Shown here: in pieces, positions 1 through 9,323 of the stretch
How the letters are laid out: each line of letters starts with the position of its first letter
How positions within the stretch are numbered: position 1 is the stretch's first letter
Source: Alphaproteobacteria bacterium
Lineage (GTDB): Bacteria > Pseudomonadota > Alphaproteobacteria > RF32 > CAG-239
Reading direction: 5' to 3'
NCBI GenBank assembly: GCA_045615365.1
Contig: JAZLEQ010000007.1
Span: forward strand, 1,029-65,028
Length of the DNA: 64,000 bases
Position numbers and translations under genes: made by a program
Notes under the pieces: model-generated
Databases searched by the model: none
What the model saw: only the letters and a program-made list of their open reading frames with translations
What the model was told of the DNA's origin: nothing

Positions 1-114
1 TTTTTCTTGAAGTGATGTTACTTGAGAGTAATAGCATAATTTTTGAAGTTTCATGGTCGATATTTCGCCAATTTCATTCAAAATATATTTAGCAACATCA
101 AAAATGTTAGCCAT
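1..114 (-). CDS. Panacea/SocA-like (DUF4065) antitoxin-domain protein, 5' end only (runs off window)
   Basis: Not in ORF track. Manual translation from ATG at 114: MANIFDVAKYILNEIGEISTMKLQKLCYYSQ..., matching the DVAKY...MKLQKLxYY signature; AAGGAGA RBS at 121-127 (minus). Confidence 0.8.
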   Translation of the reverse strand, partial: MANIFDVAKYILNEIGEISTMKLQKLCYYSQVTSLQEK

Positions 115-346
115 AGTCCGTCTCCTTTAAAATGTAATACATTATATCATATTTTTTACTAACAATCAATTAACCAGCTGAAAAATAATGCAATATTTCT
201 TATTTAAGAGTCTTTTCAATGTATTACAATATCATATCTGTTGATAACTATTCGAAAAGTATAGCTTATTTATAATATAAAAATACAAATATCAAGTTTT
301 TTATATTTTACAAGCAATTGAAACACACAATAAACAAAATAAAAAT

Positions 347-363
347 GTCGCTTTTAAAACGAC
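347..363. promoter_or_regulatory. Imperfect palindrome GTCGCTTTTAAAACGAC, possible operator upstream of OMP gene
   Basis: GTCG...CGAC dyad in an otherwise very AT-rich intergenic region, about 60 nt before the ATG at 424. Confidence 0.35.
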
Positions 364-423
364 CAATTTAACAAAGTTTAATAGTAAGCTTTTTTCGTAA
401 CATCTTTTATAAAGGATTTTAAT

Positions 424-1020
424 ATGAAAAAAAGTTTATTATTGGCAGGTGTTGCCATTTCACTATTTGCTGTTAATGCAAATGCTATTGAATTTAAACC
501 TTATGTTGGTTTAGATTATTCTCATACAAAAGCATCCACAAACGATGTTATTGTTGAAGATGCTCTTGTACCTTCTGAGCTTTATGAAAATAAATTTAAT
601 TCTATTACATTAAATATAGGCGCTAAATTACATAAAAATTTTGGAATCGAGGCCTTCTATCAAAAATCTAGTGAGGAAAAAGGCGAAGCATCAACTTTAT
701 ATGTAGATGATGCACCTATAGCTACTGATAATATTAAAACAAGCTTTGATGCTTTTGGTCTAGATGTTCAGGGATATTTACCTGTAAATGAAAATGTTGA
801 GTTAATTGGCTCACTCGGATTAGGTAAATATGATTTTGAGATGAAAGGTTTTGGAGTAAAAGCCAATGAAGATGAAATAGGATATCGTCTTGGTGGTGGG
901 GTACAATATAATATAAATGAGCATTTTGCTTTTAGAGGAATGGCTCGTTATGTTGTACTGGATAGTGATGCTGTTGATGATGTGACAGAACTTTCTGTCG
1001 GTTTAAGATATTCATTTTAA
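424..1020 (+). CDS. Outer membrane beta-barrel protein (OmpA-like membrane domain/porin family)
   Basis: Signal peptide ending ANA, alternating beta-strand pattern, C-terminal VGLRYSF BAM signal; AAAGGA RBS. Confidence 0.85.
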   Translation: MKKSLLLAGVAISLFAVNANAIEFKPYVGLDYSHTKASTNDVIVEDALVPSELYENKFNSITLNIGAKLHKNFGIEAFYQKSSEEKGEASTLYVDDAPIATDNIKTSFDAFGLDVQGYLPVNENVELIGSLGLGKYDFEMKGFGVKANEDEIGYRLGGGVQYNINEHFAFRGMARYVVLDSDAVDDVTELSVGLRYSF

Positions 1021-1022
1021 TG

Positions 1023-1092
1023 ATTATGACAGTGGTGGCTAAATGATGTTTTATGTTTCATATACTAATATATTTAACTATCACTGTCATAA
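1023..1092. repeat. Long imperfect inverted repeat after OMP stop
   Basis: TTATGACAGTGGTGGCTAAAT ... ATTTAACTATCACTGTCATAA, 21-bp arms with 3 differences. Confidence 0.6.
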
Positions 1093-1113
1093 TAAAGAAA
1101 ATAACTGGTATTA

Positions 1114-1821
1114 TTGAGGTATAAAATGACATTTACCAACAAAATCTCTAGTTATTCTTTTCAAGAACGGGTATTAGCAGCTATTAACCATATAAGGAGA
1201 CATAATCGAATGGCGCCCAAATATCATATAGAAGTGTGTAAAAACACTTCAGGTTTCTCAATTGATTATGGAATAATAGAAGGTAATAACAATATATTAT
1301 TCATTAAAGTGGGGCAGAATGGTTCAATTTATGGATATGATAACAAATATCTTAAAATAGCAAATAATATAAATAAAAAGTATGGATATACGGTGATTTG
1401 CGCTTCAAATCCTTATGATGGCAAAACAAATTTATTAGAATTTGATATGAACTTTGTTAGTCAATATTGTAATAAATTTAAAAACTATAATGTTTATTAC
1501 ATGGGTGTTTCAAATGGAGCTACAATAGGTGCTAATTGGGGATATTTATACCCTCATATAATAAATATGTTATTAATCAATCCTCCCATATTTGTAAATT
1601 GGCACAAAATTAAATATGGTTTGGGTTTACTTAAAACAGCATCTGCAACTATAATAATAGGTGAAGCAGACCCGTCTTTTAAATTTGCAGGCATGATTAA
1701 TTTAGTAAACAATGATAAATTACAACTTGTAACATTAAAAAATATTGACCATAATTTTAGTGATAAATTATCAGAATTTATTGCTTTACCAGAGCAATAT
1801 TTATTTAAGAGCAAAAATTGA
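1114..1821 (+). CDS. Alpha/beta hydrolase fold protein (true start may be downstream)
   Basis: GVSNG nucleophile elbow, IGEAD acid, C-terminal DHNF histidine. Confidence 0.7.
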   Translation: MRYKMTFTNKISSYSFQERVLAAINHIRRHNRMAPKYHIEVCKNTSGFSIDYGIIEGNNNILFIKVGQNGSIYGYDNKYLKIANNINKKYGYTVICASNPYDGKTNLLEFDMNFVSQYCNKFKNYNVYYMGVSNGATIGANWGYLYPHIINMLLINPPIFVNWHKIKYGLGLLKTASATIIIGEADPSFKFAGMINLVNNDKLQLVTLKNIDHNFSDKLSEFIALPEQYLFKSKN

Positions 1822-1864
1822 TACAATCTAAAAAATTACAATGTTAAAATATTGAGACTGCTAT

Positions 1865-2404
1865 ATGATAAATTTGATTAGCATATTGAATAAATATAAA
1901 GAAAAAAAGAAAGCAAAACTATTAGAAACTCTGCTTGTTGATGCAAAAAATTACATGAATGCAACCTATCAATCAGCAGAACATAGATTATCATCTGAGG
2001 GTGAATATATATTTTATCAGGAAGCATACGAGCCTGATAATGATATTTTTGAAGATATGGAACCAACTTTTTCGCAAATGCTTTTCAAATTTATAAAACA
2101 ACAAGGAATGTCTGAAACAGAATGCTATAAAAATGCCAATATAGATAGAAAATTATTTTCAAAAATACGTAGTGATGATGAATACCAACCTAAAAAAACA
2201 ACGGTTTTTGCGTTAATTATAGGTTTAAGGCTTAATCTTGAAGATGCTGAAACATTGTTAGACTGCGCCGGTTATTCACTATCCCATAGTCTCAAGCAAG
2301 ATATTATAATAGAATTTGCAATAAAAAAACAAATTTATGATATGAGTATATTAAATGAAATACTCTTTTCCCTTGGATGCCAAACATTAGGAAGTAAAGA
2401 GTAG
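1865..2404 (+). CDS. XRE-like HTH protein (type usually fused to macro/Appr-1-p domains)
   Basis: TFSQML...ECYKNANIDRKLFSKIRSD..YQPKKTTVFAL...AGYSLS...DIIIEF signature. Confidence 0.75.
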   Translation: MINLISILNKYKEKKKAKLLETLLVDAKNYMNATYQSAEHRLSSEGEYIFYQEAYEPDNDIFEDMEPTFSQMLFKFIKQQGMSETECYKNANIDRKLFSKIRSDDEYQPKKTTVFALIIGLRLNLEDAETLLDCAGYSLSHSLKQDIIIEFAIKKQIYDMSILNEILFSLGCQTLGSKE

Positions 2405-2417
2405 TACTACATCTTGT

Positions 2418-4625
2418 TTATTTTATTAGTTCATATTTAAATAAATCATCAATAATTAAATCCCTATAATATCTCTCTACTTCAGATTTTAATAAATTTA
2501 ATTGAGTATTAAGAGGTGGATATTTTATTACGAATATTGGTTTATTATGTTTATCAACTCGTCCAGAATCTATTTTTATATTAATCTCTTCAGATATTTG
2601 CCATACACCATAGCTAAAACGGGGATTATATTCTTCTGTTTCTCTAATTTCGTAAAGAACATCATTATAATATTTTATGAGGTCTCGTTCCCTTTTAGTT
2701 AATTCAAAAGTGGATATGGTCTTATTTGCTAACGTATCACCATCAAAACACAATTCATTACGATAAAATCTTTTATCACTTCCATTTAAGGAACGACATT
2801 TGTTTTTATATGTTAAGCATGTATATATAAAGCATTTTTTGATAAATTCTTTGTCTTGCAAATGTCTTCCGTCTCCATCATAAGATTTTGAATACACATC
2901 TGTTGTATACCAATAATCTGAATAGGGAAAAGCCGAAGCAACAAAAAGTGGTAATTTTTCTAAGAAGTTATCCGAGCGCAAATAAAAACCATGTCCATTA
3001 TACAATGCACTACGAACTAATTTAATTGTTTTTCTATCAACAGAAAAGCTATCTGCTTGAATGTAGCCAATAATATTTTCATTATATATAGGATTGGATA
3101 CTGCAATTTTTCTACCATTTTTTATAAATTCACGTCCATCTTTTTCACATATAATACCATTTATCTCATCGTCATCAAAACTACGTTTATCATATTGAGT
3201 AGATAACATAGAATATGCTTTATTAATTGTGATATACGAATTAGCCATTAAGATATCGTTTTCGCAAATGTTATAAGGTATTAATTGTAATGATTTCGTA
3301 TCAACATCATCTACATTTTGCCACCATATGCATCCCATTGCTGAATTTAGTTCAGCATGAAACTCTTTACGATTACATAAAAAACCATCTCTAAATTGTT
3401 TACTTACGATATTTTGATTTCGCCAATATTTTGTAGGAGAAAATAGTATATATGAATCCGTAGGTTTAGTTAAATAATATTTGAACCCGCTCCAAATAAA
3501 AAGATTAGATAATTCATTTGTTGGAGCTCCTTTTATTTCATTTTCCATCCTCAATTTTACTAAACTATGCTTCCATGAGTTTTCCTTTTTACCTGTATTT
3601 TGTGCGCCACCGCTACCTGCCTCGCTAAAAGGGGGATTTTCGCAAAGAATCACAACACAATTAGGATTTGTTACTTTCTCTCTAATATAATCATTGAAAA
3701 CTTGTCCTTCTAATCTACTCTCTGCAGGAATAATATCATAAGCTAATGCGTCAGTTTCAGGAACAACAACAGCGCATTTATCTGCATATAAATACTGTAA
3801 AATTTGATATTCATTTGCTTCTAAAGTGGAAAGAACACAGTGAGCTAAAACTTCATCCGGCAAGCCTTCTTCTAAATTGCCAACACCCGCACATCTATCT
3901 ATGATTACATAATCCATACCATCTGGAACTTCAGAAACTGCTTGCAGTAACATTTTTTGCATTTGTTTAACATATGCTGGAGGTGTATAATATGCACCTC
4001 TTTCTCTTTGTAATAGTTTAGGATTTAGGCAATCCATAATTTTATCAAATTCAAGATTACTTTCTTTCGTATAAGGATGAATACGGTCTTTTAATACAAA
4101 AGGTTTTCTTATTTCACATTCGCCACCTTTTAAAAAAGCATTTTTATCTTGTCTTACCTTATAAAATTCTTGAGCTAACCCTAAAATATTATTTTTTTCT
4201 ACATGGTATTTTGTAAATTCACATGATGATGCATATTTCAATAACTCTTGTAACCCATCGATAGTGCTATAATCAATTGTAATACATTTTGCATCCGTGT
4301 GCCAATTTTCATTATTTTTACTAGCAGCACCAAAATATTCTTTTTCTATATCATCTAGCAAATCTTCTGATTTGAATATAAAGCATTTTTCAGCGTTCAA
4401 ATCATTTAATATAATATTTGATGGTAATTTTTCCCCTCTTATACGGATACGAGATGCATATTTAACAGCTTGAAACAATACTTTATTGATATCAGATATA
4501 GTCAATTTGTTTTCATATAAATTACCTCTATCAACACCATCCGTATTGTGATGCATATCTGGGTCTACACTAATTCGTTGATAAAATTCACGTTGTCCAA
4601 CAATTTCATCCAAATATTGTTTCAA
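2418..4625 (-). CDS. Fused restriction endonuclease / N6-adenine methyltransferase (Type IIG-like)
   Basis: N-terminal DG..LYENK + QAVKY PD-(D/E)xK-type motif; GAYYTP, IIDRCAGVGNL (motif I) and ENPPF (motif IV); TTG start with AAAGGG RBS. Confidence 0.7.
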   Translation of the reverse strand: MKQYLDEIVGQREFYQRISVDPDMHHNTDGVDRGNLYENKLTISDINKVLFQAVKYASRIRIRGEKLPSNIILNDLNAEKCFIFKSEDLLDDIEKEYFGAASKNNENWHTDAKCITIDYSTIDGLQELLKYASSCEFTKYHVEKNNILGLAQEFYKVRQDKNAFLKGGECEIRKPFVLKDRIHPYTKESNLEFDKIMDCLNPKLLQRERGAYYTPPAYVKQMQKMLLQAVSEVPDGMDYVIIDRCAGVGNLEEGLPDEVLAHCVLSTLEANEYQILQYLYADKCAVVVPETDALAYDIIPAESRLEGQVFNDYIREKVTNPNCVVILCENPPFSEAGSGGAQNTGKKENSWKHSLVKLRMENEIKGAPTNELSNLFIWSGFKYYLTKPTDSYILFSPTKYWRNQNIVSKQFRDGFLCNRKEFHAELNSAMGCIWWQNVDDVDTKSLQLIPYNICENDILMANSYITINKAYSMLSTQYDKRSFDDDEINGIICEKDGREFIKNGRKIAVSNPIYNENIIGYIQADSFSVDRKTIKLVRSALYNGHGFYLRSDNFLEKLPLFVASAFPYSDYWYTTDVYSKSYDGDGRHLQDKEFIKKCFIYTCLTYKNKCRSLNGSDKRFYRNELCFDGDTLANKTISTFELTKRERDLIKYYNDVLYEIRETEEYNPRFSYGVWQISEEINIKIDSGRVDKHNKPIFVIKYPPLNTQLNLLKSEVERYYRDLIIDDLFKYELIK

Positions 4626-4788
4626 AACTAAACCCTTTCACTAAAGAATTTAGCTCATTTCCTAATAATCTAATTAAAAAAGAAATGAAGGTTAATATTT
4701 ACTAATATGCTATGCGTAAATATATGAGATTTAGATTGATTCGTAGATAAAGTTTGTTAATATAGCCATATTAAAATAATATGGTTCG

Positions 4789-5388
4789 TTATAAATTATA
4801 TATTTTAATATATTTGTTTAGCGTTGGTTTGCTAATATTCAATTTCTTTGCTATTTTGTATTTTGGTGCTTTTTGTTGCAACAATTTCTGAATAATTTTT
4901 TCTTTTCCTTCCATTTTTGATTTTTTATTACAAGCACCTTTAGGGCGTCCTAAAGATTTACCTTCTTGTTTTCTTCTTGCCAGAGCTTCTTTAGTTCGTA
5001 AAGAAATTAAGTCCCTTTCCATTTCTGCAAATGCAGATAAAATAGCCAACATCATTTTTCCCATAGGGCTTTGGTCTAAACCCAGGTTTTGTTTAACAAA
5101 CCAGACGTTAACTCTTTTTTGTGCAAGAATATCACAAGTATCCAGAACATCTACTGTAGACCTTCCAAATCTTGATAATTCTGAAGTTATAATCAAATCA
5201 CCTTCTTTTGCTATTTTTATTATTTTACCAAGATTTCTGTTTCTTGCTTTTACAGTTCCTGAAACTCCTGCATCTTCTACATATTTATCAATTTTCACAC
5301 CAAGTTGGTGAGCTTTTTGTTCAATTCCTATTTTTTGATTTTCACAGTCTTGTTTGTCCGTGGATACTCTAATATAGCCAAAAATCAT
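4789..5388 (-). CDS. Small serine recombinase (resolvase/invertase family)
   Basis: MIFGYIRVST catalytic Ser motif, SELSRFGRS, FAEMERDLISLRTKEAL, GRPKG, C-terminal HTH. Confidence 0.93.
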   Translation of the reverse strand: MIFGYIRVSTDKQDCENQKIGIEQKAHQLGVKIDKYVEDAGVSGTVKARNRNLGKIIKIAKEGDLIITSELSRFGRSTVDVLDTCDILAQKRVNVWFVKQNLGLDQSPMGKMMLAILSAFAEMERDLISLRTKEALARRKQEGKSLGRPKGACNKKSKMEGKEKIIQKLLQQKAPKYKIAKKLNISKPTLNKYIKIYNL

Positions 5389-6395
5389 TAGAATACCTCC
5401 GTTGTTTTTAATATTTTTCCAACAGCGGTGGGATGCAATGCCCCATAAGAAGTAAAAGTCGTTTTTATATCAGAATGACCAAGACTTTGGCTTACTGCAT
5501 TAAAAAATTCTGGGCGTTGTTTTTCTGACCATTTTGCAATCATATGTCTAAAACTATGTACTTTGCGGTATGGAAACCCTTGTGATGTAAAAGCTTTTTT
5601 AAAAATATTACCTATTGTTGAATTAGATTTTATTTCTGTTTTTTGAGGTCTGGTTTCCAATAAATTTAACTGGTTAAATCGGCTAGGAATAATAGGAAAC
5701 AAACTATCTTTATCTGCAAAACCTAAAGACATTAGCTCTTTTTTCCAATTAATAACATTATCTTTAACATCATTATCAAATGGCAAAAAATATGCGCATC
5801 GTGTTTTAGCAAATTTAACATTCATATCTTTAGGATTAACATAAATCATCCAATTTTCAGCATCTTCATTATAAATAAGGTTTTTTAATTTTACTGTTCT
5901 TAATTCTGAAACTCGTAGCCCACATAAACATTGAAGAGATATTATAGCTCTATTTCGTCTCTCTTCTAATGTATTTATTGGCATTCCTCGAATAACCTGA
6001 TACACTTCATTAAGTTTATAACTATGCTGATATTCTGAAGCTCTAGCTTCATTTCGTTGATTTTTTGTAAGACTAAGATAGGCTAATATATTATAATTAA
6101 TTTTACTCTTATATCCTTTTTGTCTTTCTAACCATGTATAAAAATCTCGCAAAGCTTTAAGATTATGGTCAATGTAAGATAAGCTTAAATCTTTTTTTAG
6201 CAGTTTTTCAATGTACGTATGTATTATGTTTTCATTAATCGAACAAAAATCTGCAAAATTTTGTGTGACCTCAAATTCATGTAGATGTTTTATAATTGCC
6301 ATAACTGTTTTGAAGTCTCGTTGTTTAGCTTTTGCCAAATAAATTCTGTATTGATATTTGATGCGCTCATTTTTATGATTATACAAACTATTCAT
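5388..6395 (-). CDS. Tyrosine recombinase (second integrase-family gene)
   Basis: GLRVSE, VKFAK, HSFRH, LGHS and SYG catalytic residues; start moved to ATG 6395 behind AGGAGA RBS. Confidence 0.85.
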   Translation of the reverse strand: MNSLYNHKNERIKYQYRIYLAKAKQRDFKTVMAIIKHLHEFEVTQNFADFCSINENIIHTYIEKLLKKDLSLSYIDHNLKALRDFYTWLERQKGYKSKINYNILAYLSLTKNQRNEARASEYQHSYKLNEVYQVIRGMPINTLEERRNRAIISLQCLCGLRVSELRTVKLKNLIYNEDAENWMIYVNPKDMNVKFAKTRCAYFLPFDNDVKDNVINWKKELMSLGFADKDSLFPIIPSRFNQLNLLETRPQKTEIKSNSTIGNIFKKAFTSQGFPYRKVHSFRHMIAKWSEKQRPEFFNAVSQSLGHSDIKTTFTSYGALHPTAVGKILKTTEVF

Positions 6396-6912
6396 AATTA
6401 AATTCTCCTTGTTTGATTTCTGACTCATTTTTTTGATTTTTGTTATTGCAATCAATCTTAGTCTTTAAGGTAGAATTTAAAGAATCATATAATCTCGATA
6501 ATGGCTCTATAGTGAAATTTTTTTGTAGAGCTGATAAATCAGAAAGTTTAAAACTTTTATTCATGACTTTTTTATTTTTTGAGCATATGGCTTTTGCTAA
6601 GATACATTTTTGCTTGTGCTCAATATAAATAGTTCTGTTATATGGAACATGTGGCTCTTTACAACTAAAACAATAAAATTCATCGAAATTTAGCTCAAAA
6701 TGATGTTTGTCATTAATTTTACCTAAAAAATATTTAAGGTCACTTCCATGCACAAGCACCGGTTTATGATTATCAATAACTGGTAAACCATTTTTAATCC
6801 ATTTGCGGACAGTTTGAGGATGTAATTTTCTATTTACATAAAGATTACAAATATCTTCAATTGAATAGCATAAAAGATTAGATATCTGTTTTATACTATA
6901 AGTCTTACTCAT
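6388..6912 (-). CDS. HTH protein with CxxC region, coupled to tyrosine recombinase
   Basis: LHPQTVRKWIKNGLPVID..PVLVHGSDLK HTH, FYCFSCK motif; GGAGGG RBS; overlaps recombinase start. Confidence 0.7.
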   Translation of the reverse strand: MSKTYSIKQISNLLCYSIEDICNLYVNRKLHPQTVRKWIKNGLPVIDNHKPVLVHGSDLKYFLGKINDKHHFELNFDEFYCFSCKEPHVPYNRTIYIEHKQKCILAKAICSKNKKVMNKSFKLSDLSALQKNFTIEPLSRLYDSLNSTLKTKIDCNNKNQKNESEIKQGEFNYE

Positions 6913-7102
6913 ATTTCCCTCCATTTGTGCGTTCATCCAGCCACCGCTCCAAATCGGAAATACGATATTTTATTAAATGTCCAACTTTGATGTAAGGAAT
7001 ATTGTATCTTTTATTTGTTCGCCATACTGCTAAAGTTCCTTCGGTAACACCAAGGTATTCAGCAGCTTCTTTTGAATTAAGTAGTTTTTTATCTATAAGC
7101 AT
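6905..7102 (-). CDS. Excisionase/HTH_17 (AlpA-like) DNA-binding protein
   Basis: LLNSKEAAEYLGVTEGTLAVWR...PYIKVG..IKYRISDLERWL. Confidence 0.88.
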   Translation of the reverse strand: MLIDKKLLNSKEAAEYLGVTEGTLAVWRTNKRYNIPYIKVGHLIKYRISDLERWLDERTNGGKYE

Positions 7103-7198
7103 CTTAAATCCTCTCATATTATATGTTAATTTACATTAACGAGGATATGTGCTTATTATTTTATTTCATCCCTGTTGCTTAGCCTTATGTACACATTG

Positions 7199-7966
7199 CT
7201 AGCCTTGTGCATCTTTTCTCCAATTCCGAAGATATCTTTCGATGGTTCTGAAACTAATACCTGTATTGGTTATTTTATATATTAAATTTATGGATTTTTT
7301 ATTGCTGTTTTGCACTTCTTTCGGAAAAGTAAGCCATATTTCTTTTAATTTATTTTCTTCCTGTTTCCATAAACAAGCTATCGTTTCTCCACCTTTTTTA
7401 GCATGTGATTTGAGAAGGTTTAATTCTTCAGACAATTTTTCTTCTCGTTTTTCTCTTGTTAGAAATTTTAACTGTTCAAATTTATCAAATGCTCGATTAA
7501 GAGGAACTATTTGAGAAACAGCTGAAGTATAATTTTGATTATTGAATAATGCTATGATTATTTCGAATCGAGATAAAATATTTGATAAATGAATTTTATT
7601 TTGAAATTTATTAAACTCATCATCGTTTAAGGATTTTAAGTAAGCACGTTCTTTTTCAACTAAATGTTGTATGTTTTGATGTGTTTCTCTAGAGCCTTCT
7701 GTTTTATAAGCCAATTTTCTAAATAAGTCATCATATGAAGATTTTGTATATTGTTTTATCTCGCACTCATCATCTTCAATGATTGCACCATTTTTATGAA
7801 TAGTCGTCCTTAAATTATCTATTCTTTCTTGAGACCAATTTAACTCATAAGCGATGTCTAATAAAAGTCTTTCCTGATAGTACTTTAGGATATCTAATAC
7901 ATTATGAGGTAAACTTAACCAAGGTTTTTCTACATCACCTATAGATGATATATCAATGTTTATCAT
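7199..7966 (-). CDS. Hypothetical protein, possible C-terminal HTH
   Basis: 255-aa ORF overlapping the upstream gene; KKGG...SFRTIERYL C-terminus. Confidence 0.6.
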   Translation of the reverse strand: MINIDISSIGDVEKPWLSLPHNVLDILKYYQERLLLDIAYELNWSQERIDNLRTTIHKNGAIIEDDECEIKQYTKSSYDDLFRKLAYKTEGSRETHQNIQHLVEKERAYLKSLNDDEFNKFQNKIHLSNILSRFEIIIALFNNQNYTSAVSQIVPLNRAFDKFEQLKFLTREKREEKLSEELNLLKSHAKKGGETIACLWKQEENKLKEIWLTFPKEVQNSNKKSINLIYKITNTGISFRTIERYLRNWRKDAQG

Positions 7967-9266
7967 CTTTTACATCCCAGTGTCCAGTTTTATCAGAACC
8001 GATACGTGTTACTAAGCCTTTATCTTTCAATTTATTTATATACCTAGACACTGTCCTTCTATGTAATCCTACAACTTCACTTATTTTATCCATTGTAATA
8101 TCAGGGAATTTTGCTAGTAATCGTAATATTACATCCTCTTTATTTGCAGAATTTACAGTGACATTTACAGTGTCATTTACAGTGTCATTTTGAGCAAAAG
8201 GCAATTTAACAGTTATATAATTTTGTGAAAACTCAAATACATCTTTCGGATATTTTCTTAATATTCTGCCTACACCAGAGCCTAACTCTTCTACAAAATC
8301 TAAGTCCTTAAATATACGCATTATTTCTCTATTTTTAGGATTTGACCTACCTCTAAAAAATTCTTCTTCAGTACTAAAATATCCTAATCCGCCATTTGAA
8401 GTTATTTCTAATCTGTCTGGATACATTTCAAATACCGGAGGGTTTCCGTAAGAATAATCATTATGTACAAAAGCATTAATAACAGCTTCTCTCATTGCGA
8501 TTGGGTCAATCATGGGGATTTCTTCTCTTCGAGCATCTGTTATTTTGGTGTAAATTTTATTTTCAATCTTTAGTTTTGCCAGAATTGAATTGGCAGCTTC
8601 GATAATTGAAGTATATCCAAACTCAATATTTTCTACTAAATCAACCTTATCTAAACTAGAATACTTTGCAAATTTAAATGATACGGGATTTTCATCAGCA
8701 CAAAGAAGTGCTACATAGTTATATTTGCCTTCAGAAGTCAATAAATCTAAATTATACGCAAACTCTTCATTTAATTCCCATCCCTTGTTTTTATAATATA
8801 TTTCAAGTTTAGAAAATTTTAATTGCTGACGAGGGGAAATAATTTGCGCTAATGATTTTCTAACCCTAGTAGCATAAAGTTCATCAATCATCCGTACAGG
8901 CATTGGCTGAACCGCACTACCAATTCTCATGAAGCAACCATTTTCTGACATGCCTTTACTTTTTATGTAGTATGGCTTTTCAGAACCTGACGCTATAATT
9001 ATTTTAACGATGTCTTTATTATCTTCTTTTATGCACTTTATGTCATACAAACCTAAAGCAGATGGGCATATATTATCTTTGATTTTGTCTTTTATAGATA
9101 ATTGTACCGCATCACAATTTGATACTCCGGAAATAGTTCCATCGTTTTTTACACCTATATAAATTTCACCACCGCTTTTACTATTAAGAAAAGCAACTAC
9201 AGTTCTCTCAATATTTTCAATTAATGCTTCTTTATATTCTATTGTATCACTTTCAGGTGGTAACAT
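7953..9266 (-). CDS. Schlafen/AlbA_2 + HATPase_c_4 + wHTH protein
   Basis: ESDTIEYKE, VAFLNSKSGGEIYIGVKNDG, REAVINAFVHNDY, NPKN, VEELGSG, C-terminal wHTH ending RIGSDKTGHW. Confidence 0.88.
   Translation of the reverse strand: MLPPESDTIEYKEALIENIERTVVAFLNSKSGGEIYIGVKNDGTISGVSNCDAVQLSIKDKIKDNICPSALGLYDIKCIKEDNKDIVKIIIASGSEKPYYIKSKGMSENGCFMRIGSAVQPMPVRMIDELYATRVRKSLAQIISPRQQLKFSKLEIYYKNKGWELNEEFAYNLDLLTSEGKYNYVALLCADENPVSFKFAKYSSLDKVDLVENIEFGYTSIIEAANSILAKLKIENKIYTKITDARREEIPMIDPIAMREAVINAFVHNDYSYGNPPVFEMYPDRLEITSNGGLGYFSTEEEFFRGRSNPKNREIMRIFKDLDFVEELGSGVGRILRKYPKDVFEFSQNYITVKLPFAQNDTVNDTVNVTVNSANKEDVILRLLAKFPDITMDKISEVVGLHRRTVSRYINKLKDKGLVTRIGSDKTGHWDVKDDKH
8151..8190. repeat. 12-bp in-frame tandem repeat encoding an NDTV linker
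   Basis: ATTTACAGTG(A/T)C x3 plus partial copy. Confidence 0.7.
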
Positions 9267-9323
9267 TTTATAGACTCTCCTTTTTTGGAATATTTTATGC
9301 TGTTATATTTAAAAGTAAACCGG

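Noticed and set aside
1023-1092. Integron attC site
   Set aside because: No clear RYYYAAC/GTTRRRY boxes, no repeated sites and no IntI-type integrase recognised
1849-1860. ATATTGAGACTG shared with about 43502, upstream of the radical SAM gene
   Set aside because: A single 12-mer match is expected by chance in 64 kb of AT-rich DNA
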